A stretch of 64,000 nt of DNA from Savitreella phatthalungensis (lineage: Eukaryota), in assembly GCA_051599415.1 (NCBI GenBank), contig AP039690.1, positions 868,001 to 932,000 of the forward strand. Direction: 5' to 3'. Below are positions 31,937-43,026 of the stretch, one piece after another (within the stretch, counting starts at the first letter, position 1; the number at the start of each line of letters is the position of its first letter). The notes beneath the pieces were generated by a model. It did not search any database, was not told the DNA's origin, and was given only the letters and a program-made list of their open reading frames with translations. Made by a program: the position numbers and the translations under genes.

Positions 31937-33408
31937 CTAGTGTTCTAAATGGTACCGCCCGCACAGCGTGCACGTGATACCTGGCGTACCCCGCTGCTCG
32001 TGGTCACGTCAACATTTGTGGCAGGCTGGCGCAGTTATACAATGATGACAGAATGTCACCTTCATGGACCCTCGAAAGATAAAGGCATTTTTTCTACGCG
32101 AACATCGTCTGACATGAGCATTGGGCGGCCGCGAAGATGTAAGAAGCAAAGTTTCGCGCGCGGAACAATTGCTCGAAGGATTCTCACCGCAAAGGCTGAG
32201 TCAGGCAAATCAGTCTTGGTGGACGTTGCTGATGGCGAGGGAGACGTCGATGCACCTCATCGACCGCGAAGTGTAGATCGGAGCAAGCATGATTAATGTC
32301 TCGAGAACTTTGAAAACCACGATGTAATATATTGCGCATGGTCGTTTTGTGATTGATCGCCCGTCAAAGAGCAATCGAACCCTGGTCAGAAGACGTTGGT
32401 GTAGTGTTTGATCCGCGCGATTGGTTTAAAAGCTATGGAATGGTTGACTCCAATGACCATCGATGTTTGCTATTGGACTGCCTTACGCCAAGTAATTGGC
32501 CGCGCGACTTATCAGAGACTGACCAGACTTTTCAGAGGAGGATAATGAAGAGCAAAACGCTGCCGTGCCAGAAAGACCATGCAGTGTATCTGAATGGTGT
32601 GAAGGGGTTCAACTACTCTTAAGCTGTTCAAAATCAATTGGGCAGGTGCAGGTCGATCCTTCTGCAGTGTATCAATCCGATTCTGCGGGAAGATCGAAGA
32701 TGGGAGATTTGACTGTGGTCAGCTACTCACCATTTCGAACACGGTGCTTCTACAATACACAATATAAATTTCAACTCAAATTCAAGTATAATCAACTATG
32801 TGGTGAAACGACTAAAATAAAGATGTTCATTTGCGAAAATGGCTGATTTTGGCTGGACTCATGCTGTCTTAGAACTTTGGCTGGACCCCGCGGCAAGCTA
32901 ACCGTTGTGAAATCTAATCGCAGTCTCAATCAGGTCTGATATGACATTATCTGGGCAGATTCGACAGCGCCTCTCGTTCGTCAGTTCAGGATCCAGCTAC
33001 ATAATCCATGCTCCTTCCGCAGGTTCCGACAAAGGCGCTAGAAAGATGCATGCTCTAGACACTCCTCCCAGACTGATAAAGGAGAAAGCTGGGAGGGATC
33101 GACGAGGTCGTCCTAGGCCGCCCCGCCTCCAATCCTCCACCCTGAAAGTCTGTTTAAACACCCCGACTTATCGCGTTGCATGTGGCAGCGAGCTATCACA
33201 AAGTGAAGCCTTACGCGCACATCTGTCTCCTTCTTGCCGGACTTGTAGCGCTCTGATATAGCGCTCTGCTCTTGTTCTTGTGAACGTACACAACTTGACG
33301 AGGTTCACAGGCCAGCGCATCGTAGGTGCGGTTTGAGGGGCTCGCAGTGGATGAACTAGAGTGGCCACCCTACAATTTCTATCGGTCTGCTACAAAAAGG
33401 TCCTCGCG

Positions 33409-35097
33409 ATGAATCTGGAGAAGCGTCCTCATTTTGTCGAGGAGGCTGTCGACAGCCGGGCTTCGCCCATTGCCCTGGCCAGTACCAGTAGTCGGATTAC
33501 AGACATTTCTGGGCTCGAAGCCGATGAAAAGCTCTTACGAGCACAGGGACATAAAGGGCAATTGCCCAGGCAATTTACATTGATGTCACTCGTTTCATTG
33601 GCCTTTGGAACCATTTCATCGGAACTGGGCGTCGCCGCCGGCGTTGGGGTCAACCTCACTGAGGGCGGCGCGTCGAGCATGATTTACGGTACAATTGTTG
33701 GGGCCGTAGCAGTCGGTCTGATCACCCTCGGGATGGCCGAGCTGTCGTCGGCATTCCCCTCCGCTGGTGCTCAGTATCATTGGGCTTATTGCGTTGCCTC
33801 GGACCGTTCCCGCAAGTTCTCTGCTTACATCACTGCATGGTTCAATATAGCTGGTTGGTTATTTGGCACCGCTTCCCTCACTCTTTTCTGCGGCACAGTC
33901 TTCCTCGGCATAGGAAATCTTTACAATGAGGATTTTGCCCCGAGGCCATGGCAATTTTGGTTATGCTATCTTGCTTGCAATGCTATCTGCGCATCCGTCA
34001 ACATCTTGCTACCACGTCGCTTGCCTGCGATAAACACTGGCTTACTTTGGCTGCAACTGTTAACCTGGCTCGTGTCCATCGTGGTCCTATGTATCTTAGC
34101 TCGCGACAGATACAACAACGCTGGCTTTATTTTCACCGACATGAGTAATCTTTCTGGATGGTCCAACAACGGCATAGCCTACATGATTGCTGTCTGCAAT
34201 TCGATGTATGCGTATATCGGTACTGATGCGGCCGCTCACTTGGCAGAGGAAGTACCACGCCCTCAGCGCACCGTTCCATTAGCCATGCTCGGCAGTATTG
34301 CCATCGGCCTCATCACAGCTCTGCCCTTCAGCGCTGTGCTCATGCTCGTTCTTCAGGACAAGCAGTCCGTGATAGGCACAACCACGGGGCTGCCATATTT
34401 GCAGCTCTGTAAGGATGCCACGGGCTCGAATGCTGCTGCGACGGTCTTGATCATCATGGTATTCTTCTGTTTCCTCGGATCGGCCAACGCGGGCTACACC
34501 GCCGTGTCGAGACTCATCTGGGCATTTTCGCGTGACAATGGCATGCCATTCAGTGACTGGCTGTCGAAAGTCCATTCAGTGGCTCAGTACAAAAGAGGCA
34601 ACAAATCAGAAAATGAGGGGGTGTCCCTAAATGACGTCGATCGGGTGCCGATGCATGCAATTCTGCTCTCCTTTAGCTTGGTTTCGCTCTGGGGTCTTAT
34701 TTACATTGGTTCAACAACAGCATTCAACGCATTTCTCAGTGCTGTCATCGTGTATGCTTCAATCGCTTATGCAGCCCCACAAGCAATCATGCTATTCGGA
34801 AAACGTGGTCGCTCCGCCTTGCCTCCGCATCGCTTGCTGAGGTTACCGAATACGCTGGGCTACGCCATTAACGCATTCTCGGTAGTCTGGGCCGTGCTCG
34901 TCACTGTCATATTCTGCCTGCCGCCAATCTTCCCAGTAACCCAACAGAATGCCAGCTATATCTCTGTCGTTGTCGTTGGAGTTCCATTACTTGCAATCAT
35001 CTTCTGGTTCGCCAAGAAACACAAAGAGTTCCACGGCCCACAGATCGATAGCGCGCTGCTCTCGCAGGCATATTTGTACAAAAGCGTGACGCAGTGA
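33409..35097 (+). CDS. APC-superfamily amino acid/choline/GABA permease (Hnm1/Uga4-like)
   Basis: MAELSSAFPSAGAQYHW, GTDAAAHLAEE, SRLIWAFSRDNGMPFS; many hydrophobic segments. Confidence 0.92.
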   Translation: MNLEKRPHFVEEAVDSRASPIALASTSSRITDISGLEADEKLLRAQGHKGQLPRQFTLMSLVSLAFGTISSELGVAAGVGVNLTEGGASSMIYGTIVGAVAVGLITLGMAELSSAFPSAGAQYHWAYCVASDRSRKFSAYITAWFNIAGWLFGTASLTLFCGTVFLGIGNLYNEDFAPRPWQFWLCYLACNAICASVNILLPRRLPAINTGLLWLQLLTWLVSIVVLCILARDRYNNAGFIFTDMSNLSGWSNNGIAYMIAVCNSMYAYIGTDAAAHLAEEVPRPQRTVPLAMLGSIAIGLITALPFSAVLMLVLQDKQSVIGTTTGLPYLQLCKDATGSNAAATVLIIMVFFCFLGSANAGYTAVSRLIWAFSRDNGMPFSDWLSKVHSVAQYKRGNKSENEGVSLNDVDRVPMHAILLSFSLVSLWGLIYIGSTTAFNAFLSAVIVYASIAYAAPQAIMLFGKRGRSALPPHRLLRLPNTLGYAINAFSVVWAVLVTVIFCLPPIFPVTQQNASYISVVVVGVPLLAIIFWFAKKHKEFHGPQIDSALLSQAYLYKSVTQ

Positions 35098-35201
35098 ATT
35101 TCTCAGGCCACCGAAACGAGAGCATAGAAATCAGATCATCGTCATATAGGGATACGTTAGCATGTACGTACGTATTTACAGAAAGATTGTCACTACACCA
35201 C

Positions 35202-36242
35202 TCAAACGTGCATATGACCGTGGCCGAGCTCTCCGTTGCGTGCCTTGAGCGCATCCTGGCACCAGCGCCAGGCAGTCTGTTTATAGCGATCGGCTTTCAG
35301 AAGACCCATTCTCGCCCGTTGCATGCAGCGAAGGTATTCTTCGCTGCGATCAAGAGCGGCTTGCAGCAGTCTTCGGGCCTCTTCAGCTTCATCACTTCCC
35401 ATGCCCAGGTTGCGATCATATTCTGGTGCAGCAAAATCGTGAGCGATCAGACTTGTTTCCTCAGCAACAACTGCTCCGCGAGTCACCGCCCTGGCGGACG
35501 GAATGGAATCAGAGCCCATCGGTAGAATGATGCTGTTCGGGCCGCTCTTGAGAGCAACTTCTGTGGGAGTATCGCGCAGGGAGGTCCCCTTGATGTCGCC
35601 TTCATAGTGGCGCATTATCAAGACAGGATCGTCTCCGAGAAAGGCAGTGAGCAGGCGTGAGAGCTGCACCCTGTGTTCATGCTCCGTCGCAATTGTCTCG
35701 AGTGCTTGAGAAGCTAGGACACTGACCGCTTGTCTTTTGAATGTTTGCGCAAGAGCAGGGTGGTGCGGCAAATCGGAAGTGCTCGACAAGGGAGCAAGAA
35801 GTTCGTCGACAGCAACCCGAGTGTACGGATCATCCTCATCGTCGCCGCTCGACATAACATCATCATCCTGATGCTGAGCACCCAAAGTAGCTGCGTCAGA
35901 ACCAGCAAGAAACAATTCTGCTTGTTTCAAGCGCTTTCCATTGGATCTTCTGGCGCCGATGATGGCTCGTCGCCTAGATCCGTGAAAGTATTGTGTAGTA
36001 TTCGCTTTAATGCCACCTGCCGAGTCTAGCTTGGCCTTGCTACGAAAGCGTGCTTTGCGTTTTAGCTTGTTGAACCTGTTTGAGGGCGCATCGCCGATCG
36101 AGCTGTCAGAGTCACTTGCGTCGTCCTTGCGATGCACAGCTGATCGCAAGGCTGCAGCAAGTACTTCTAGATCTTCCTCGGCATATGCGGCAGTGCTAGA
36201 CAAATTGCTATCATGCAGCGTAGCAGGCCCTATGGTAGTCAT
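35202..36242 (-). CDS. RXT2: Rpd3L/Clr6 complex subunit Rxt2
   Basis: SDSDSS..SNRFNKLKRKARF, DPYTRVAVDELLAPLSSTSDLPHHP, GLLKADRYKQTAWRWC. Confidence 0.85.
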   Translation of the reverse strand: MTTIGPATLHDSNLSSTAAYAEEDLEVLAAALRSAVHRKDDASDSDSSIGDAPSNRFNKLKRKARFRSKAKLDSAGGIKANTTQYFHGSRRRAIIGARRSNGKRLKQAELFLAGSDAATLGAQHQDDDVMSSGDDEDDPYTRVAVDELLAPLSSTSDLPHHPALAQTFKRQAVSVLASQALETIATEHEHRVQLSRLLTAFLGDDPVLIMRHYEGDIKGTSLRDTPTEVALKSGPNSIILPMGSDSIPSARAVTRGAVVAEETSLIAHDFAAPEYDRNLGMGSDEAEEARRLLQAALDRSEEYLRCMQRARMGLLKADRYKQTAWRWCQDALKARNGELGHGHMHV

Positions 36243-36947
36243 GACGCCTGCAGCAGCGCGTTATTCGAGCTCGATCGGAAATTCAGCCAGTTCGATGTCC
36301 GTCAGTGCTCTACTGCACCGCTCTAGTCAAATGCGATGGTGCACCGGAACTGCTCAGTCTGAGTGGAAGAGGTCAGCAATGTCTGTGGTCCGCAGGACGG
36401 TTGATCGGTGCACAGCATACACTTTAATTACTCACTCAGTTTGTGGCTGACCAGCGGGGAGGTGCCAGTGCCAGCACTATGCACTGTAGCACGATCCACG
36501 TGTGTTAGCTAGCTCAAGCGTGAAACACCTTGACCAAGAGCTTCAAAAGCTCACAATATATAAATAAAAGTAGATACAATAAATTATTGATACAATAGAT
36601 TATTACACGCATTTACAAATTCAAATACATCATCAATCAGCGATATCCGTTTGATTGGCATATATATACAGCGAATTTCTAGGCCGCATCTGCATCATGA
36701 GCAATAGAAGAACGTGCGTAGAGGTGTGTGGGGCAATTTGCATCTGCGCGTGCACGTACACCGATGCACTCATATGATCACTACAATGCACGATTGTTGT
36801 GGACAGCACGGCGGGCGACATGCCACAGACCATGGGCGGCATTGTCCCTCACTTCTCTAAGGACGGCAAGACGAGTTAGGTTCGGCACAGTCAACACGCA
36901 TTTCGGTTTTGCTTGATTGAGGAAACAGCGACCTAGCGTCGAGTTCG

Positions 36948-38978
36948 ATGGAGTCAGCCATAGAAACATGGCGGGTCATAGACCTGTCAGGCCTGCAGTC
37001 AGAATTGGACATGAGAGCTCAAGAGATTGCGTCGACAGTGGAGTCGTCAATGGTAGAACGGAAAGAACTGGCGACGCGAACGAAAGAATTTCGCAAGTTG
37101 CCTGACGAGCACAAGGTCGACCAGTTCAAGTCGTTGTTAAAGCTCTACCAAGGCGGCATTGATACACTCACCCATCGAGCAAAAGGTGTGGAAGCAACGC
37201 TACTTCATCTGTGCAAGGTGCTTGGAGATGCCCCGGACCCAGTACCCTTGCTTCAGGGAGCGTTGGAATCGATGATTCTGTCCGAGCGTGCTATACAACT
37301 AGAGACGGAGAACAAGGACCTGAGCGAGCAACTTGCTCGCTGTAGAGATTACGATGCTCTGAGATCAAAGCTTGCAGACGCCGAACAAGCTCTTGTCAAG
37401 AATTCGGACGACAAAGCGGCCAGTAAACTACTACAGGCCCAAGCTGAGCATGAAGAAAAGGAGAAGCACTGGGCCGACCGTGAACTATCGCTCAACACAC
37501 AGCTTAAGGAGATGCGCGATACGCTAAAGGAGCTACAGGCTGATAGGAAGGTGGAAGCCCGGTTGAATCGTACTGCAGAAGGTGAGAAATCTGCCGCAGG
37601 TCAGCTCGCGGAGCTAGACATCGTTTCGAAAGACTTGGCACGCACTGAGGCGCGCCTGCAACAAATGGAGCAGCGGAATGCTGACTTACGCAGAGAGAAT
37701 GCAGCGCTGATCGGTGGCAGCGAGAAGGAAGCAAAGGCTGCCATCGAGCATCTTGCAGCGCAGCTCGGAGCTTCGAAAGCCGAGGCTGATCATCTCTCTG
37801 CCAAGATTAATCGAGACGCCACCGAGCATCGCCAGACCGTCTCACAGCTTCGGGCTCAGCTTGACCACTCCAAAGCGCAAAATGTTGCTCAAACAAGCAC
37901 GCTACGTGGGCTCGAGTCTCGCGTGGCCTCTATGCATGACTACGATGAATTGAAGCGCGAGCTGGACCTTCTAAAGAGGATCGAGTTTAGCATCCAGGAT
38001 GACGACTTGGCATCGGAAACGAACGACCAGGCTGGAGACAAGTCTGACGAAAGTTCTCTCGAGCGTCTACTCGTCTTGCGTAATCACAAGCTCAATGACT
38101 CGCTAGTTCAAAAGCGCAACATGATCTCGGATTTGCAAGCCAAACTCGAGAACACCACGAACGAGTTCAATCTTGCTAAGGTGGAACTAGACGAGCACCG
38201 CAAGCTAATTGAAAAACTCGAGGGAGACCTGACGCGTGTCAATGACCATGTTGCCAGCGCTGGTTCCGCATATTCTCCGTCGATCGCTCCCAGTCGATAC
38301 GCTTCGAGACCCAGAAAGAGTGGACGCAACCTGTCGCCGACAACGTCGATCGTCGGTCTTCCTCGTGAAGCGGACATGATCACATCCCTAGGGAGAACGG
38401 TTTCCGGACAGCAGACTCAAGCGCCTCAGCAGCAGGCAGAAGCGGATGCGGCCAATATTTTGGCTATTGTGACGCAACAGCGTGATCGATTCCGGGCAAA
38501 GAATGGTGAGCTAGAGGAGGAACTACGCAAGCAGCTTTCGTCTGCTTCTCAGCTACGAGCAGAATTACAATCCCTCAAACGTGATAACGTTCAGCTGTAC
38601 GAGCGCTCTAGATATATGTCTTCCTATGCCGCGGGAAAAGTTAAGGACGACACGGTCATTCAACTCGGAGAGTTTGCAGCTCCGGCAAGCACAAAAACGT
38701 ACGATCGTTACAGATCAGTATACGAAGCTGATATGAACCCGTTCCAGCGCTTCAAGGCAAGAGAGAGCGCTCGTGCCATTCGCGGTATGAACATATTGGA
38801 GAAAGGCTTGCTGAACGTTATGCGATACACTTTGTCGAACAAGCTGTCTCGCACGATCTTCGGCCTCTATTTCCTGGCCATTCATATCTTTCTTATAATA
38901 GTCTCGATAAAGCTGGCTGGTATACCACCACCGGCTAGCAGGCTACGCTACTCTGGACCTCACGATGCCTTTGGCTAG
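36948..38978 (+). CDS. COY1: Golgi coiled-coil protein CASP/Coy1
   Basis: LLKLYQGGIDTLTHR, APDPVPLL, IVTQQRDRFR, DNVQLYERSRY, YEADMNPF, and a C-terminal TM helix containing Y and H. Confidence 0.95.
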   Translation: MESAIETWRVIDLSGLQSELDMRAQEIASTVESSMVERKELATRTKEFRKLPDEHKVDQFKSLLKLYQGGIDTLTHRAKGVEATLLHLCKVLGDAPDPVPLLQGALESMILSERAIQLETENKDLSEQLARCRDYDALRSKLADAEQALVKNSDDKAASKLLQAQAEHEEKEKHWADRELSLNTQLKEMRDTLKELQADRKVEARLNRTAEGEKSAAGQLAELDIVSKDLARTEARLQQMEQRNADLRRENAALIGGSEKEAKAAIEHLAAQLGASKAEADHLSAKINRDATEHRQTVSQLRAQLDHSKAQNVAQTSTLRGLESRVASMHDYDELKRELDLLKRIEFSIQDDDLASETNDQAGDKSDESSLERLLVLRNHKLNDSLVQKRNMISDLQAKLENTTNEFNLAKVELDEHRKLIEKLEGDLTRVNDHVASAGSAYSPSIAPSRYASRPRKSGRNLSPTTSIVGLPREADMITSLGRTVSGQQTQAPQQQAEADAANILAIVTQQRDRFRAKNGELEEELRKQLSSASQLRAELQSLKRDNVQLYERSRYMSSYAAGKVKDDTVIQLGEFAAPASTKTYDRYRSVYEADMNPFQRFKARESARAIRGMNILEKGLLNVMRYTLSNKLSRTIFGLYFLAIHIFLIIVSIKLAGIPPPASRLRYSGPHDAFG

Positions 38979-39527
38979 TCTCGCTCTCTTTAAAGTAAGG
39001 AAAAAGACGAATTGCAGACGGAGGTGCGGACAATTGGCTTGGTCGGATACGCAGTCTTCGCAGACTATCTCATTAGGACCAGACCAGCCGTCGATGGTCA
39101 GGCTGGGCCATATGTTCATTGCCTGGGGATGATGGTGGCGTGTATGTTAGACTTTCACATGAACGCTGGCTCGAACGCATCCCACGCAAGGTGCTCGTCT
39201 CCAATCCACGTTTATCCCACATATATGATTGAAGTTTCAAATTTATGAATTCATGCGCATGACAATTTAAACGTTATACTGATACGTTTAACTCAATTGC
39301 ATATAGCTAGGTCTGCTAAGCTATAGACGCAACAAAAGTCCTGTGATTATGTGGTCTCTTAAAACCCATTTTCAAAACGATCGACTAGCTAGATCAATTA
39401 TTCGATCATGCAGCTGTTTAGAGAGTCCCTGGAAAGACACAATATGGCGAGTCCTTCGTCGCCAAGAGCTACATAACTGCACGACAATCTCTGACAGGCC
39501 GCAGAGTAGGGAGTAGTCCATCGCGCC

Positions 39528-40535
39528 ATGAGTCTATTGGCCAAGGGACGATCGCCCTGCCTGTCCCGGCTCAATCTACGATCAGCACAATCGGCGGTCC
39601 AGACGCGGTCTCTCTCTTGTGGTCGATGGAGTCGTGCCTCCGTCGTCGCACCACCTCAAGGCCCACTAGACTTCCTCGGTGTTGGGGGGCAACAGAACAA
39701 TCGCACTATGAATCCGGCTGGCTACTCACAAACCAAGCTTGCAGAAGCTACGATGAAGCGGTTCTGGAAAAGAGTGGCCGTCGAACGACGTGATCTTGGA
39801 TATACGGTGACACTCGACGGAAAAGCCCTCAAGACCCCTGGAGCAGCCGTTTTGGTTGTGCCGGAGGAAAAAGAGAGACTTGCGCAGCTCATAGCTGCTG
39901 AATGGGCGCAGGTTTCTTCTGCTCAAATGCGTCAACATCAATTGCCATTGACAAGTCTAGCCGCACGCGCAATCGATCATCTCGAGCTTCACCATCGCGA
40001 TCGGGCGGCAACGATAAAGTCATTGCTCCGCTATCTGGATACTGATGCTGTCCTGATCCATACCCCCGGCAGCGATCGCTTCATCAACATGCAGGAACAA
40101 GAGTGGACACCAATTCGCGAGTGGGCGCAGAGATTCTTTCGCACACCAATATCGCGCCTGGATGCTGATGCAGGCCTCATATCGCACCGGCAGTCAGACG
40201 AGGCTCGGACTGCTGCCCAACAGTATCTGGAGACACTCGACAAGTGGCAGCTGGCTGCATTTGAACGCAGTGTCTATGCGACCAAGTCTTTCTTGCTAGC
40301 CGCTCTCCTTGTTGAGTCGCAAGGATCCACAAGTCAAGGATATCTGACTTTGCCGCTCATGTCGAGCGATAATTTGACAGAGAGCTGCGTGGTCAGTGTC
40401 GAGACCATCGCCAGGCTGGCTACGTTAGAGGTCCGTTATCAGACTGACCTTTGGGGTGAGGTCGAAGACACTCACGATGTTGATCACGTGGATATCAGAA
40501 GACAGCTCGCTAGCGCAGTACTGCTACTGGCATAG
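39528..40535 (+). CDS. ATP12: Mitochondrial F1-ATPase assembly chaperone Atp12
   Basis: Arg/Ser-rich presequence; KRFWK, LDGKALKTP, LPLTSLAARAID, YLDTD, WGEVEDTHDVD. Confidence 0.95.
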   Translation: MSLLAKGRSPCLSRLNLRSAQSAVQTRSLSCGRWSRASVVAPPQGPLDFLGVGGQQNNRTMNPAGYSQTKLAEATMKRFWKRVAVERRDLGYTVTLDGKALKTPGAAVLVVPEEKERLAQLIAAEWAQVSSAQMRQHQLPLTSLAARAIDHLELHHRDRAATIKSLLRYLDTDAVLIHTPGSDRFINMQEQEWTPIREWAQRFFRTPISRLDADAGLISHRQSDEARTAAQQYLETLDKWQLAAFERSVYATKSFLLAALLVESQGSTSQGYLTLPLMSSDNLTESCVVSVETIARLATLEVRYQTDLWGEVEDTHDVDHVDIRRQLASAVLLLA

Positions 40536-40807
40536 TCCACCGACGCAGTAAGGAAATCTCTCTTGACCTCATACGAGTCCGCCCGTTCGCTGTTCGCCGT
40601 ATTGCAATCCGCTCGAAATTACATTGCACAGATCGTCTCGCAATCCCTGATTCTTCATACAAAGCTTGATCAAGCCAGCGCTGCTCTTCCTGTCCGATTG
40701 AGGCGAACGACTTTACCGCTGATTCGGTTAATTTCGTTAGAAACAGCATATCTAATAAGTTGAATATGATTTGAGCAATTCGATATTATTATAGCTGTAC
40801 AAGATAT

Positions 40808-42715
40808 TTACCATTTCGTTTTCAGCAATCCTCGCATCATGTCAAATGAGTTCCCATCTGCCTGCACGCCGATGACCTGTCCTCGTTCCCCGGTCAATCG
40901 AACTTGAAGGTGTCCGTGGGTATGATGGATGCCAACGACTACTCCACGAAGATTGCCTTCCTTTTCAATCGTGACGTGCTGGCCGTTGTGCAGCCAATGG
41001 CGATAATATCTCTCGGCAATCGCGGCAAAGCCACCGCCGTCAAACTTTGCCACTAGCTCTTCCAGTCGGGAGAGCAGGGCGGCTAACAGATTTTCCATCG
41101 CCACTGATTCCTTGACAAAAGCATTGACGGAGATCGTTGGGGCAGGATTGTTCACATTGACGCCACATCCGATTGTCAGAATGTACTTATCCTGCCAGAA
41201 AGTCGTGCTGATTAGCGAACCAGACACCTTGGCGTAATATTTGCCTTCCAGCTCAAAACACGACGTGCCCAAGGTGTTTTGTGACTGTGGAACCCGCATG
41301 TAGACATCATTTGGCCACTTGATGCCAAGTTCGAGCTCTGGACTGAGCTCGAGCAAGGCCTCGACAGTGGCAAGCGATATCAGATATTGGAAAAATACCA
41401 GCCCTGCAGCTCCTCCACTTCCTGGAGAATCAGCCAGGTCATGATACAAGATGAGGCTGAAGGAGAGCACACCGGGAGGAGATATCCAGCTGTTTCCGCC
41501 CCGACCACGCCCGGATAATTGATGTGAACACAGCATCAAGGTCCCGTGTGGCAGATCACGAGAAAGTGAGAAGTTCTTGTCTAGCATCGTCTGTGATGAT
41601 GTCACTACCTCCGCGTACAACCCAGCAACGCCAAGCCGTGCATGAGGAGACAGCAGACCGAGAAAGCGGCCGACATCGAATAAAGGTGATGGCTCTGCAA
41701 ATCCCAAAGACACATATTTTATCTGTTTGTCCAGATCGTCGGCAAGCGGTTTAATCTGTGGTGCCGACTCGCCATCTGACAAAATCTGGAATGTGTCGTT
41801 CTCACAGACGATGAGGTTTGCCTTTGAGATCTTGCTGCTTAGCACAGCTATTAGCTTTTCTCTTGACCCCTGATCCTTCGCAAAGAGCTGTAAGGTCGAG
41901 AGCGACGGCAACGAGCTTGCGGAATCATTGACGCGCAGGCACAGCCGTTTGTCGAGAATCGACCTGAAAAACGACAGGCGCGCATTTTCATGCTTGCCAA
42001 GCGCATCGTTATTCAAATCTATCTGATCGTTTTCCGAGACGTCGTCGTGAGATCCTGTGCAGATCGTCCGCGGACCGATCTCAGGGTGAACCGCAGACAG
42101 GACCGCAACGCCACGATCCACGTCGCATTTGACCACGCACGCGTCGCCACCTCCAACAACAATGGAATCGGCTGATTCGCTGTATCTCGCGATCACTTCC
42201 ACACCTGGCTTCTCTATCGCATCGACGAACACGCCGCCTCCATTCCAATAACAGCGAAATGGTGGCATTTGCGTTGAGGGTTGTATTGAAACGGCGCGCG
42301 CCCCGATTTCCGAGTCATATGAGAAACCCTCAAAGGCACATCCCCGTACCACGCCCGGGAAGAATCCGAGATCTCGATCACCAACGACTGCCATATCGGC
42401 CGAGCTGGCTTCGAATTCGCACCTGCTTGCAGCGAAATACGCTCCGGCGCAAAGCCCAAGGTACTTGCCCCCTTTTGAGACGAAGGATCGAATTGCGTCT
42501 GTGCCACGACCACGAAGCGCCGCGCAGAAAGGGACGTCCCTCCCGCCCGGAACAACAAGCAGCGCGGTCGAGCTTGCCCAAGGCTCCTCAATCAATGCTC
42601 TTGCATCTATAGTTCTGACAGAATAGTACGGTGTCAGGAGCAACGTCAGCGTCGCCAGCGCTCCTCTGACAGAAGATTTTGAGGTTCCCGCTCCGGCGTA
42701 GACCAGAACATTCAT
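40808..42715 (-). CDS. BPL1: Biotin-protein ligase (holocarboxylase synthetase) with BPL_N domain
   Basis: MNVLVYAGAG, PGGRD, GLCAGAY (BPL_N); QLSGRGRGGNSW, IKWPNDVY, DGNSFDMMRGL. Confidence 0.96.
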   Translation of the reverse strand: MNVLVYAGAGTSKSSVRGALATLTLLLTPYYSVRTIDARALIEEPWASSTALLVVPGGRDVPFCAALRGRGTDAIRSFVSKGGKYLGLCAGAYFAASRCEFEASSADMAVVGDRDLGFFPGVVRGCAFEGFSYDSEIGARAVSIQPSTQMPPFRCYWNGGGVFVDAIEKPGVEVIARYSESADSIVVGGGDACVVKCDVDRGVAVLSAVHPEIGPRTICTGSHDDVSENDQIDLNNDALGKHENARLSFFRSILDKRLCLRVNDSASSLPSLSTLQLFAKDQGSREKLIAVLSSKISKANLIVCENDTFQILSDGESAPQIKPLADDLDKQIKYVSLGFAEPSPLFDVGRFLGLLSPHARLGVAGLYAEVVTSSQTMLDKNFSLSRDLPHGTLMLCSHQLSGRGRGGNSWISPPGVLSFSLILYHDLADSPGSGGAAGLVFFQYLISLATVEALLELSPELELGIKWPNDVYMRVPQSQNTLGTSCFELEGKYYAKVSGSLISTTFWQDKYILTIGCGVNVNNPAPTISVNAFVKESVAMENLLAALLSRLEELVAKFDGGGFAAIAERYYRHWLHNGQHVTIEKEGNLRGVVVGIHHTHGHLQVRLTGERGQVIGVQADGNSFDMMRGLLKTKW

Positions 42716-42729
42716 GAAACACTGCGCAA

Positions 42730-42748
42730 GCGTACGTACGTACGTACG
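42730..42748. repeat. (CGTA)n microsatellite immediately 5' of BPL1
   Basis: GCGTACGTACGTACGTACG. Confidence 0.85.
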
Positions 42749-43026
42749 GACACTTATGATCGCTCAATAGCCTCTTGACAACCAGTCAGTTTGCGAGCGA
42801 GTTGCAGCGTGCACAGCTAACATCCATGTGTAACTAATGCATGTTAGTACGCATCAATTTCTTTGATGAATGCAGCAATAACCGTGCAAGACCTGGACAT
42901 ATGATATCGAAATGGAGCGCCAAACTGGCTGCTTCGTGTCACTAAGTCAAATCACTCCGATCTTCATTGGAATTTGAGGCACACTCATCGGGTGAGCTAT
43001 TATGCAAGTGTATCTTTCAGAGACGA

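Noticed and set aside
31949..33368. Several short ORFs between SLH1 and the permease
   Set aside because: No recognisable domain or consistent splice pattern; treated as intergenic, though a small gene cannot be excluded.
40330..40400. Possible in-frame intron in ATP12
   Set aside because: Acceptor-like TTGACAG is present but there is no convincing GT donor, and the frame is open throughout.
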